The translations under genes were made by a program, and so were the position numbers. The notes below the pieces were generated by a model that made no database searches, was not told the origin of the DNA, and saw only the letters and a program-made list of their open reading frames with translations. DNA of 63,848 nucleotides, filler included, from Pelomyxa schiedti (Eukaryota > Protista > Evosea): assembly GCA_020536535.1 (NCBI GenBank). It is 7 parts of 7 records of this genome, joined end to end, with 100 filler letters (N's around TTAATTAATTAA, not from the genome) between each part and the next. Parts side by side here need not be neighbours in the genome. Positions count along the whole stretch, not along the records: positions 1 to 27,136 come from JAHLWZ010000584.1; 6 more parts are not named here. One strand, given 5' to 3'. Shown piece by piece: positions 12,191-23,639 of the stretch (the first letter of the stretch is position 1; the number at the start of each line of letters is the position of its first letter).

Positions 12191-13609
12191 TCAGAGAACG
12201 TGACGAAGTACTTCCTTGATGAGGCCTTGGAAGCTGGCACCCCTCTTTTTGGCTTCTATAAGAACATCCTCTTCAGTCAGCACTTCATTGCAAATTCCGG
12301 CAGCCATGTTGCAGACACAGGCAATGCCAAGAACCTCCATTCCGCAATGCCGGGCAGCAATTGCCTAATGCAGGAAAATTCTATGAGAACAAAGTACATA
12401 GGGGAAGTGGGAACAGGAAGGAAGCCAACCTCAGTTACTGTGCTCATTCCAACTGTGTCTGCGCCTAGTATGCGGGCCATTCTTATCTCCGCGGGAGTTT
12501 CATATGTGGGGCCGAGCATGCACATGTAAACTCCGGACTTGAGTACATCTTGTAGGCCTAGTGCCGCTGCAGCCGTTCTAACCACTTGTTGCAACCGCGG
12601 TGTGTAGGTGGTCCCCATGTCAGGGAATCTTGGGCCATACTCGTTGATGTTTGGTCCAACTGGTTGTGGTGTTAGCAAGGTGTACGTAAGGAAAGGATTC
12701 TTACCTAAGGGGTTTTTCCCTGTCATATTGATATGATCCGATAGCATCATAAGGTCGCCTCTCTTGTAGCTTGTGTTAACAGCACCGCATGCGTTGGTAA
12801 CAATCAGGACTCTAACTCCTAGATGCTTCATAACCCGGGTCTAAAAAAGGGTAAGGTAATCGGACTTAATTAAATTTGAGTTTTACAAATATAATTTGTC
12901 TTATTATTGTAACTAATTCAGGCAAATTCACACCGGCATTGCTACAGTCGATGGTTCATATCCCTCATACAAGTGAACGCGTCCTTGCATACATACGACC
13001 CTGACACCACATAGTGTGCCAAGTACCAACTTTCCAGCATGGCCGGGTGCTGTAGAAACAGGGAACCCAGGAATTGACGAGTAAGGAATGATTCCACCAG
13101 NNNNNNNNNNNNNNNNNNNNNNNNNNNNNNNNNNNNNNNNNNNNNNNNNNNNNNNNNNNNNNNNNNNNNNNNNNNNNNNNNNNNNNNNNNNNNNNNNNNN
13201 CGTCCTTGCATACATACGACCCTGACACCACATAGTGTGCCAAGTACCAACTTTCCAGCATGGCCGGGTGCTGTAGAAACAGGGAACCCAGGAATTGACG
13301 AGTAAGGAATGATTCCACCAGTGGACGTGTCAACTTCCAGTGCCAAATCCCCAAGGCCTGAACCCAAGATAATTCCCACCTTTCAATGTTAAAATGGGGA
13401 AAAAAACCCAAAAGTATAAGATAAATCACTACATTTTGAACGCGACTAGCACCAAAACCGTTTGGGTTTAAAAGGGGGGGTGCGATTATTTTATAAATAA
13501 TTAAAACGAAACGACGCACGGGGTAGGGTTCGGTGAAGTGGATGGTGGCCTTGATGTGTTCCGCAGCGCGGATGATATCAGCAGCACTCCTCTGTATCAC
13601 TTCTTGCAT
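12191..13609 (-). CDS. PNP: Purine nucleoside phosphorylase (trimeric family), multi-exon
   Basis: GIILGSGLG, IPGFPVSTAPGHAGKL, MQGRVHLYEGY, VTNACG, DHIN, GPRFPDM, GPTYETPAE, GADTVGMST. Confidence 0.95.
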
Positions 13610-13833
13610 TCTCAACTTGCTTCTTCTTGTTGTGCTTTTTTGATTTTTTGTTTGTTTTCGCCCGTTCAAAAAGAACCGGAAGTTTTTTCTGCTAAGAAAG
13701 CTGGAACCGAGAGGTTGCTGGTCCTGGAATCTTAGCGTGAGAAGAATCGATCCCATTGAGGACACTCTTGTTGGGTACCAGACCAGACAGGTTTGTTTCC
13801 GATGAGGGTCATTTGATCAAAAACTTTGGTGTG

Positions 13834-14773
13834 ATGAGCAGGGGACCGGTGTCATCAGGGGGTGCTGGCCCCAAGTTGGCTTCGTCGTCTCCACCTTTTG
13901 AATTTCCGTCGTATTACACAAGGCAGCCTTTTTTCACGTAGTTCCCCTGCTTGTCCTCTAAACTCTCTTTTTTTTTTTTGGACCCTGCAGGCAACTAAAC
14001 ATTGTGCCTCGTATGTTGTAGAGTGCAACCAGTGCTGAACACGAGGAAGAAACAAAGCCAACTTTGGGGTGATTTGATTGTTTCGTACTGCCGGCACAAC
14101 AAAATCTACGAGCTCAACCTCACTGAGGCTGCCACTTCCCCGTTATTCTGTAATACTACAATTAACAGTATGTAATTCCTACTATGGAATCAAAAAAAAA
14201 AACCTATACATGTGTTACCTGATTTAAAAAATCCAACTACCGGCACTAGGAAAATTGTCAATGGATGGGATAGTAACATTTATTGATGATCTTGTACAGC
14301 AGGGTGTGTTAGTAACATAATATTCTGAAAAATAGCCGTTGTACCTAATTTTTACTGACCTGTAATTTCGGGAGGCAGGGAATGCAGAGTGGGTGGATGC
14401 CAGAGAAAAGAACCGGGTCAACATTTTCTGGAGGAAGATTGATCATTGGGCCACACTGATATACAAATGGGTGTGTGAATACTATTTTTTTTTTCCTTTT
14501 CCTTTCACAATCTTAACATTCACAAAGGTGAGTGACATGGGAATGCTTGGTAATGTCCTCACTGTTTGGGAAATCCAAAACGGGGAGAACTCACAAGGAC
14601 AAGGTATACAGTAATTCCACTCCCGTACTCACTTTCGAAAATACACAGAGTTCTTCGAGTTGGATACCCGAGTGCTAATGAAGGCCCTTGGCGTACTAGA
14701 GCGTGAGGGTAAAGCTCAAGTTTTCTCCGGCACTTCTGATGAAAACCTTGGTGTCAAATTCTTTGCTCCCTAA
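13834..14773 (+). CDS. VPS25: ESCRT-II subunit Vps25, multi-exon
   Basis: FEFPSYYTRQPFFT|VQPVLNTRKKQSQLWGDLIVSYC...NIFWRKIDHWATLIYKW...EFFELDTRVLMKALGVLEREGKAQVF...GVKFF. Confidence 0.9.
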
Positions 14774-14856
14774 CAAGCCCCAAAGAAAAAAGAAATGGCC
14801 ACTTTGGCTGCTTTTTGTTATTATTAATGAATTTCTTTGATCCCTGACTCTTTTCG

Positions 14857-17342
14857 TCAGTCAGAAAACCCATAAAAAGGGTCGTCAGTGTCAAAGCTGG
14901 GGTCAGACGCTGTTGGCGGTTGCTGAGTGAACACATCGTCAAATATACCCTCAAGGTAGCGGTTGTCGGCAGAGCCGGGTGGTTGCTGGGGAACATATAA
15001 AGGGGTTACTGCCTTGTGCAGAACATCAGGCCACGAAATCCCATGAAAGTACTGTAAGCAAAATAAGAGGAATGAATGAGTATTTGATTCTATTAGTATA
15101 TACTGGGTGTTGCTTCATCAACTGTGGGTCACTGAGTCTCTTTGCTGGGTTTTTGTTTAACAGCTGTCAATAGAAAGGTGATTTTTAGTGAAATAGTGAG
15201 TGTATAAGGTCTACCTTGCCAATGAGATCGGTCTCTTCGGCTTCGAAATGCGCTGGGAATACTGGTGAGTCATGCATAACACGTTGGTACATGTCTTGGA
15301 TCGATTCTGAATAAAATGGTGGCTGAGATAATGAGTTAAAGCCAACATGACCGGGGTGGAATGTTACCAGTCCTGCCCGTAGTTCAAACAACAACACCCC
15401 TGGTAACAGTGAACTGAAAAGAAAAAACTCCAAAGTGTTTGTTACCAAATGCCCACCAATCAACCGATTGTCCTGAGGGAGAAGTAAGTTTCAGACAATG
15501 TCAATCAAATTGATACCATAGGGAACTCTTTCGAGAATCTCGGGTGCTGTTTTCGGAATTAGTAATAACAACAAGTTTAAGACTACCCAAATAGTCCGGT
15601 GTACCACAAAGGGAATCAGTTCTTAATTCGGTTTTGGGTTTGGTTGCTTGCTCGTCGTAACATAACTTCGCTTCACCTGGGTGATGGTGATTGAGATGGA
15701 CAGAAGCCCCTCATCGTACCAAAATCAACAACAACAATGTGACCTTGAGTTTTGTCATAATCGATAAACAAACTCACAGAAACAACCTTCTTTTGTCAGA
15801 AGTAAGTTTTCTGGTTTTATACCTCTGTAGTGGTGTGAGATTCTTAATAAGATTTTAGTTTTTTTACCTGTAAATAATCGACAATGAGTGAAGATGTTCC
15901 AAAGCCAGTAGCGTCTCAGCAGCCCATAATTTTACAACTGAAGCACTGAACTTCTTTTCTCTTGCCAGGTGATAGAAAAGCTCTCCCCCTGTGACGTAAT
16001 CGAGAATGAAGTAGTTCTGGCAGATTAACGTGAATTTTATCATGTAACTGAGGTTTGTGTACGAATTTAGAGGTCCTGTAACAGTGGTGGAGTTTCACCA
16101 AAAAAGGGTGGTCCACAAGTTCGTGAACAACTTGTTCCTGTGATCTATTAATCTCAAATGAAGCCCTCTTCATAGCAAAAAACTTTTTTGATGGAATGTG
16201 TTCCATCTGAGAAACCTAGAACAATCAGGAAGTTGAAGTCAGGTAATGAGGTAGTGAGTATACCTCACCGAAGCTGCCTTTCCCAATTACTCTCAAAAAG
16301 TTGAAGTCAGATAACAAAACAGGAACCTCCTATGTGCGCGGTAAAATTGAGCCCCAAAGTGGAAGGAAGCAACTTGAAAAAGAAGCCTCGCAATGGACTG
16401 AATGATATCTGGGGGGAGTATCTTGAGCACAGAGTCAAGTGAGACTCTATGATGGTAGAAGCCAGCCAAGAATGTCAGGATTGAGCACTTCATCCTCTCT
16501 TTTCCTTCCTGAGGTTTTTATTCTATGAATCTCAGCGGAATGAAAAACCTTGGGAAAATATTTGAAAAGAGCACAGTTTATTGTCGAAATCCAGTTATCT
16601 CGAGCAATATCACTTTCAGCAGCTAAGTAAGAACACAACCCAGCAGATTTTATGCAGAAAATATGTTGGATGTCCCTGGGGTGACCAACATTACATAAAA
16701 AAAAAAGGTTCATTACGGTTGAAGTGAAAAACCTTGAGACATGAGCATCCGCGGCAGAAGCAAGTGTGTGGGGATCAGTGAGAGATATTCTCGTAAATGG
16801 TTTCTTTTCCCGTTCCTCTGGCGTATCGTTCTGTTCAAAACGCAGGTCACACACTGTCGTTGAGTGGCACATCAACATTAAAAATCCAATCAGCAAGCAA
16901 AGACGCGCGCGCACGCGCGCACACGGACACGCACCGCATAAACCACGAGTGACAGTGTCTCCACAACACCCCCCGGCTTCGTGACTGACATCACACCGTA
17001 TCCACGCGTCCACCCCCCGCCACAACCACAACCACAACCACAACGACCACTGATACCGCCGCCGCTACCTTGGACTTCAACAGCATCAGCATGGCGTGAC
17101 TGTTGCAGTGGCGTGGGTGGTACCATCAGCCAGCCCTCCGCGCCTGGTTCGTGTCTCTTGCGGCACACGCACCATCGCCAGCCTCCGCTGCCACCGCCGC
17201 CCATGGTCGCCATGGTCACAGGGAGTAACTCCCCGCCCCATGCTGCTGCTGCCGCTGTTGTTGTTGTTGGCGGTGCTGATGACGAAGCAGCCGGGGTGGC
17301 GCTGCTACCGTCACAAGACTGCGACGATGATGGCTGCGTCAT
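14857..17342 (-). CDS. PH domain + AGC-family (Akt/SGK-like) kinase, possibly a pseudokinase
   Basis: PH (EGWL..W; RDNWISTI), GKGSFGEV, FAMK, HPFLVKLH, IIYR|GIKPEN, VVDFG, CGTPDY, PPFYSE; C-terminal hydrophobic motif FYGFS. Start codon uncertain. Confidence 0.85.
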
Positions 17343-17374
17343 TGTTCGGGCACCGGCACTTTTTTTTCTTAGGC

Positions 17375-20290
17375 ATGAACATTGGGGAGCGGGGAGGAGG
17401 GGGCAGTCGTTGCTGCGTGTGCCGTTGTTTCCTCTTCCCTCCTTCTGGTGGGGCTGTGGCAGGGTTGGTGGAGCCTATGTGCGGGCACCCGGTGTGCGGC
17501 CTGTGTGGGGACGCCATAGTGACCTTTTCGCGTGACATCCCCGCCGCCTCTTCGTCCTCCTCTTCCTTTTCGTCCTCGTCCACGTCCTCGACCTCGTCCT
17601 CATTCGCCGCTGTGCCACCAACGCCTACTACCCCGTCGCGGGATTTTGCAACTACCAACAACAGCGGTGGTTGTGGTGGCGATGGGGATGGCGCGTGCGA
17701 GTGTGTATTGTCATCAGTTCCGGCACCGCCGCCGCCAAGCGAGCCAGCGGTTGCTGCTGACATCACGATGTGGTGCTCGGCGTGTGGGTGTACAACGGGA
17801 GCTACGCTGAGGCCGGCGCCGGATCGAACTCGCAAAACTGACCCGCCTTCTAGCGGTGCCGGTGAGAATCTCGCTATGGCAGTGTCACGACCGCAGGCGG
17901 CTGCGGTCGTGGTGAAGAAAGAAAGGGGGGATGGGTCATCGTCATCATCACCAGGCGATGCAAGCTTAATCCCAACACAAACGAACCCAAAGAGGAGGAG
18001 GGTGGCTGTGGCTGTGTGGTGCAGTATGTGCTGTGCGATGGGGGTTGCGGAAGTTCCGGCGAAGTACTGGTGCCAAGACTGCACGAGGACATCAGGCGGT
18101 GGTGCGTCGCTGTTCTTCTGTGATGCCTGTTGGAGAAAGGCTCACTGGACACCTTTGTTGATGTCCCATGCAAAGTTGGATCCTGTCTCTGCTATGGTTC
18201 CTTCTCCTGTCTCCAACAGTATCCATCACCGCGATAATAATAAATTCTATATATATAATAAATATATATAATATTAAGTATAATTAAAAACAATAATAAC
18301 GACACTGCAGTGAAGGCGTGCGGAATTCACCACCTCCCTCTCGATGTATTCTGTGAAACTGATGGGGACTTCATTTGCGCCATCTGCTCATTTTCTTCTC
18401 ACAAGGTCGTTTTCACCTCTTACTTGGAAAATTGCAAACTTTCATTTTTTTGTTTTTTTTTTGGAAACAAAGGGGCACAGTGTCGGAACTGTAGAAGATT
18501 TTTATATGAAAAGGAAACCAAGTGCGCAAACATTTTTGGACCAACTCTCACAAATGGAGGTGACTCTTGATACTTTGGTTGCGGCAATCAAATTGGAGAG
18601 TGTCAGCATGAACCAGGTCAGTTCCCACTTTTCTTTCCTCCTTAATCACAAAAAACTTTCCAGGTTCACAGCCAGTTTGAGGGGGATGTCCGCAAAGAAT
18701 TCAGTGTTCTGATTTCAAGATTGCAAGAAAGACAAGAGGAATTAATTTCCACATCCCAGTCAATTTCATGTTCCAAAGGTTGTTTTGCACTTTCGTGCTT
18801 GGAACTCATCCTCGCATACAGCTTGTGCCCTGTCAAGGCAACTTGAGTGTGTTTCTGCCGGTCTCTCACACATTGCGGAGTATAAATCCAAGTGTGAGTC
18901 AGTACTGAGAAGTGATGATCCCTACCAAATCATTGAATTGTATGACTCGATCCCTGGAATCCTCAGAGTGCTTCCTTCAAACACTGGCCAGAGCAGCCAA
19001 CTTGAATGTGAATGTGAACCAAACCACCTCTCACCATGCGCAAAAACCGGAATGTTGCGCTGCAGCACCGGTGATACTGAAATGTTCAAGTCGAAAATTC
19101 CGCAGATGTGTAACATTTCCTATGGTGTGCATTGCTGACAAATTCATTTGAATTACACTTACCTTAATAACAGTGCCGGTCATCACCGCCATCACAGAAG
19201 AAGCGATAGCAAGCACAACCGGAGGAGCTGTTGTGAAATTGAGTGGATGCTGGCCCACAACAGCAATCAACAAGGACATTCAAGTTCTGCTTGGGGAATC
19301 AGTCTGCCCGAACGTGAGTGTCAAAACTCCTGGCTCAGTCTTGACCTTCACGGTGCCAGAGGGTGTTGGATGTGATCTCCCTGTGTATCTCCGTGTCTTT
19401 GGTGTCACTGCTGACAGACCAAATGACACCAGGTTCTCATACGAAGGTGTGTTCATCCAGTTTTATTTTATTGTTGATCTGACTACAACCAGGACCAAAG
19501 ATTCAGGGTATGTCCAAAGTTGCACACCCGGGTACCCCTGTCCGAATTGAAGGAACTGGGTTTGGCACATTGCCAAGTGCAATCAGTATTTCCATCTTTT
19601 GTATGTACCGACCGTTCAACACTGATTTTACTTACGTGTAATCCAGCCCACGGTGTTACATGCAGCAATATTGCAGTAGTACACCCACACACAAGTATCA
19701 CATGCACAGTACAAGGGCAGGATAGGAAATTACTTTCTGCACCACTGACCCTCACAGTTGGTAGACAACATACAACATCCACTGTACACTTTGGAATGGA
19801 GTGGGACACACAGAACTGTGGGAACCTCCTTGTTATATCTGGTGACAGGAAAACTGTGTGCAAGCCAGACAAGGCCGGCTTTGGCTTCCTCCAGTCCGCA
19901 GTCACAGCCCTCGCGCCGCTCATTGGTGACCAAGTGTTTGAATGGAGGTTATCAATATCTGGGCTGCAGAACCCCTATGGATCACAGCTGGTGTTCTTTG
20001 GAGTGATAGCCAAGCCATTTGATCAGAACCAATCGCAGGGGTATTGCCAAATGTATGGCTGGTCAACACTAGGAGAGAAAATGCCCACTGGCGGCCTTGC
20101 CATCATTGACCACAAGGCAGTGCTCAAGGCAGAGAAGGTCACACTGAGGTATGTGCCATCCACACTCACTCTCACTGCAACATGGCACCTGCACGAAAAC
20201 AAAACAACGGTGTTGACCAAAGTGCCAAGGGGGTTGTTCCCTGTTGTCATTGCCGCAGACGGAGGCAACACCATCAAGATAAAACTGTAA
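17375..20290 (+). CDS. TRIM-like protein 1: split RING, B-box1, B-box2, coiled coil, IPT/TIG, SPRY-like
   Basis: CCVC..CGHPVCGLC..WCSAC; CSMC..AKYWCQDC..FCDACWRKAH..H; CGIHHLPLDVFCETDGDFICAIC..H; RLQERQEEL; PVITAI..GGAVVKLSG..VLTFTVPEGVG; EWD..FEWRLSI..VFFGV..YGWS..LFPVV. Confidence 0.82.
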
Positions 20291-20323
20291 AAGAATTTTT
20301 GCCAGACAGGAACCGGCACCGAA

Positions 20324-23300
20324 ATGCATCATCAGGGGAGTGGTAACCACGCCAGACGCACGCCGCCATCATCGCCATCATCGCCATCATCGCCATCATC
20401 GCCATCATCGCCATCATCGCCATCATCGCCAACAACAACAACCAAGCTGCTCCGCTGCTGCGTGTGCCGAGTTGCCTTCCCTCTGACGATTCCAGGCAGC
20501 GACTCTGCGCGTGGTGGTGGTGGTGATGATGCACCACCCTCGGGGGCGTACGACCACCAGGCCCAGCAGCAGCAGCAGCTGTCGTGCGGGCACGCGGTGT
20601 GCGGGGAGTGCCGGGGCTGCGCCGCCACGTTCTCCCGCGACATCCCTGCCGCCTGCTCCTCCTCCTCCTCTTCCTCCTCCTCCGCATTGCCGCGGCCACC
20701 ACCACCATCACCATCACCGGTTGTGGCTTCCTCGTCGTCGGCAGCGGCGGCGTCGGTTCCCCCTCCGGCAGCATCAGCAGTTTGTAGTGGCAGTGGTGAG
20801 GGGATAGTGTTGGTGTGGTGCGGAGTGTGTGGTTGCACCCGCGAATTAAGCTCCGTCCTGCCATCACCACCAAAACAGGAAAAAGAGGAACCGGTTGAAA
20901 AACAAACGCAGAAGCAGCAGCGGGAGGAGGAGGAGGAGGAGGCTGTGCGTCATGATGGTGGCAGCGGTGGCGGTGGTGTGATGGTGGTGAAGCGAGAGGA
21001 GAAGGAGGGGGATGTGCTAGAATCGGATGAGAACCCAACACCAACAAACCCAAAGAGGAGGCGAATGAGGATGAATGCGGCAGCAGATGTGAGTGCGACG
21101 TGTGTGATGTGCCGGTCGGCTGGGAATACTGGGGTTCCGGCCAAGTTCAGGTGTGATGAGTGCACAAGGGCGTCGGGTGGTGACACGCCAATGTTGTTCT
21201 GTGATTTGTGTTGGTCCAAGGCCCACTGGGCCACCTGGTTGATGTCTCATGCCAAGTCCGATCCTCTCTGTTTGAATCCAGCTCAAGCAACAGGCATTTT
21301 ATTGTAGAATGTTTATAAATTTATAAAATCACCTGTACCTTTATACTTATTTGCCCTTATGTTTAATATGTAGACTAATACACCATTCTAATTTTTTTCA
21401 AAATTAGAATTTTTTTTTTTAACACTAAATGGTTGTTTAACTGCCTATTTCAAAAACAGACACGAGGATGTGTGAAACTCACTGCCAGCCTCTAGATATT
21501 TACTGTGAAACAGATGGTGCTTTCATCTGCTCAAAATGCTCTCTTTCCCTTCATACCGGACACGACACTGCAGCGGTGGACACCCTGTATCGCGAAAAGA
21601 AACCCACCGCAAAGGAGTTTATGCTGCAGCTTTCACAAGTGGAGCTTGATTTGAGTTCTCTGGCTGGATGCATCAAGTCTGAAAATAACAATATCCAACA
21701 GGTGCTTCTCAATTGTAACGTTGAAGGGAATTAACACCAAAAACACACAGTTTCACTCCACGTTTGAGGATAAGATTCGCAAAGAATTCAGTGTTCTGAT
21801 TTCAAGACTGCAAGAAAGACAAGAGGAATTAATCTCCACATCCCAGTCAATTTCCCACTCCAAGGGTGTGTGGACCCCCAGATTCCCCCTCCCCACTCTT
21901 TATGATACTTATACTTAACACAGCTTGTGCGTTGTCAAAGCAGCTTGAAAGTGTTTCTGCCGGGCTCTCACGAATTGAGAAGTACAAATACAAGTTTGAG
22001 CCAATCCTGAAAGCTGGAGATCCATTCAAAGTCATTGAGCTGTGTGAATCTGTTCCCGGAATCCTGAAGGTAAATTCACCTTCACTGTTCAACAAAAACC
22101 GCCGACGCACAAACAGCAGCTTGAAGTATGCAAACCGGCACATCTGTCACCATGCACCACATTAAGTTGTTGCACAGATGAGACAGAACTCTTCAAGTCA
22201 ATGATACCACAGATGTGCTCCATCTCTCCGGGTGTGTGTTTTAAATTCCATTGTGCCTTCCACTCAAAATCAAATCAAATCAAATAAACAGGACCAGTAA
22301 TCAACAACGTCAAGGAGGAAACAATTACAGCCAGTGCAGACACTGGTGACCGAGTAGTTACACTGAGTGGGTGCTGGCCAACAGCCGCAACAAACAAGGA
22401 CATTCAAGTTTTGATTGGGGATTCAGTGTGCCAAAATGTGAACATCACAACGCCTGGCTCCGTTTTGAAGTTCACAGTTTCGGAGGGGATTGGCTCAGAT
22501 CTCCCTGTGTCTCTCAGTGTCTTTGGTGTCACTGCTGACAGACCAAATGACACCAGGTTCTCATTCAAAGGTGTGTCCTGCTGCATAAATCCCTGTTTTG
22601 ATTATTTGGTAACAATTCAAAGGACCACAGATTAAACATATACTTGGAGTTACACAGCTTGGAGGGAGGATTACAATTGGTGGAACTGGGTTTGGCACTT
22701 CACCAAGTGCAATCACTGTTGCAATAGATGGCATGTGTGCCCATGCAACCCACCCAAATTTTGACTGGAGTTCTAATGGAACAGCCAGATGTTAATTGCA
22801 GTGCAGTTGAAGTGAGCTGCCCACACACTCAAATAAAATGTACTGTTCCAGAACAAACCAAAAGGGAAGCCGTGTTGACTCTCACTGTTGGTGGCCAGAA
22901 AGCCAGGCCCACAACCATCTCTTTTGACTGGGGTTTGTGATTCACACTTTAAGTCATTTTAACACTCCAAATAGGTGGAGGAATGAAATGGGATAAAACC
23001 AGCCTTGGCCACAACTTGACTCTTATTAGTAGTTACTCCATCAGGAGTGAGGGGACCAAAGCAATGACGAAGCAAACCACAGGGATGGCAACCACACCGC
23101 TAAGTGGTGACTTTGTGTACTGCTGGGGCCTCACCATTGACGACCTTGCAAGAGATGATGACGACGGAGATGACACCAGCAATCCAAAGAATCAGGCACC
23201 CTGGACCAAGCGGGTTCTGTATGGTATTGCAGCCAAGCCGTTCCCCCAGGACAGTGTCACGCCCTCTATGTACCTGTGTGGGTGGTCCACAAAGGCAGAA

Positions 23301-23513
23301 AAGTACCACTTGCCCAAGGCAATACCCGCATTCACAGCAAGAGGGGAGAGGGAGGTGGTGTCTTTCCGGTATGATGCACGTGCCCAATTACTCACAGTAA
23401 CATGGCCACGCCACAACAACACCACAGCGGTGGTGGGCAACGTCCCAAGGGGATTGTATCCTGTTGTGTCCCTCACAGCTACCAACACTTCTGCAAGTTT
23501 TGAGAATCATTAG
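20324..23513 (+). CDS. TRIM-like protein 2 (tandem paralog)
   Basis: CCVC..CGHAVCGEC..WCGVC; CVMC..AKFRCDEC..FCDLCWSKAH; CETHCQPLDIYCETDGAFICSKC; coiled coil; two TIG-like units; KWD..YCWGLTI..GWST..LYPVVSL. Confidence 0.82.
20366..20430 (+). repeat. 9-bp coding tandem repeat (GCCATCATC)x~7
   Basis: Directly visible; encodes (PSS)n. Confidence 0.9.
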
Positions 23514-23639
23514 CCCTAGAAGTGTTTGCTCCAAGCATTAATAAAAAAAAATTGTGAGTGTGGGGTTGGAATCATTGTTACATTACACTCTTTACATTTG
23601 ATTGGGCCTAATACTACCAAGGATAATAATGGTTGCCAC

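Noticed and set aside
20274-21053. Long antisense ORFs in GC-rich first exons (also ~8050-8550, 17311-18084, 54300-55085)
   Set aside because: Shadow ORFs of GC-rich low-complexity coding sequence with no motifs.
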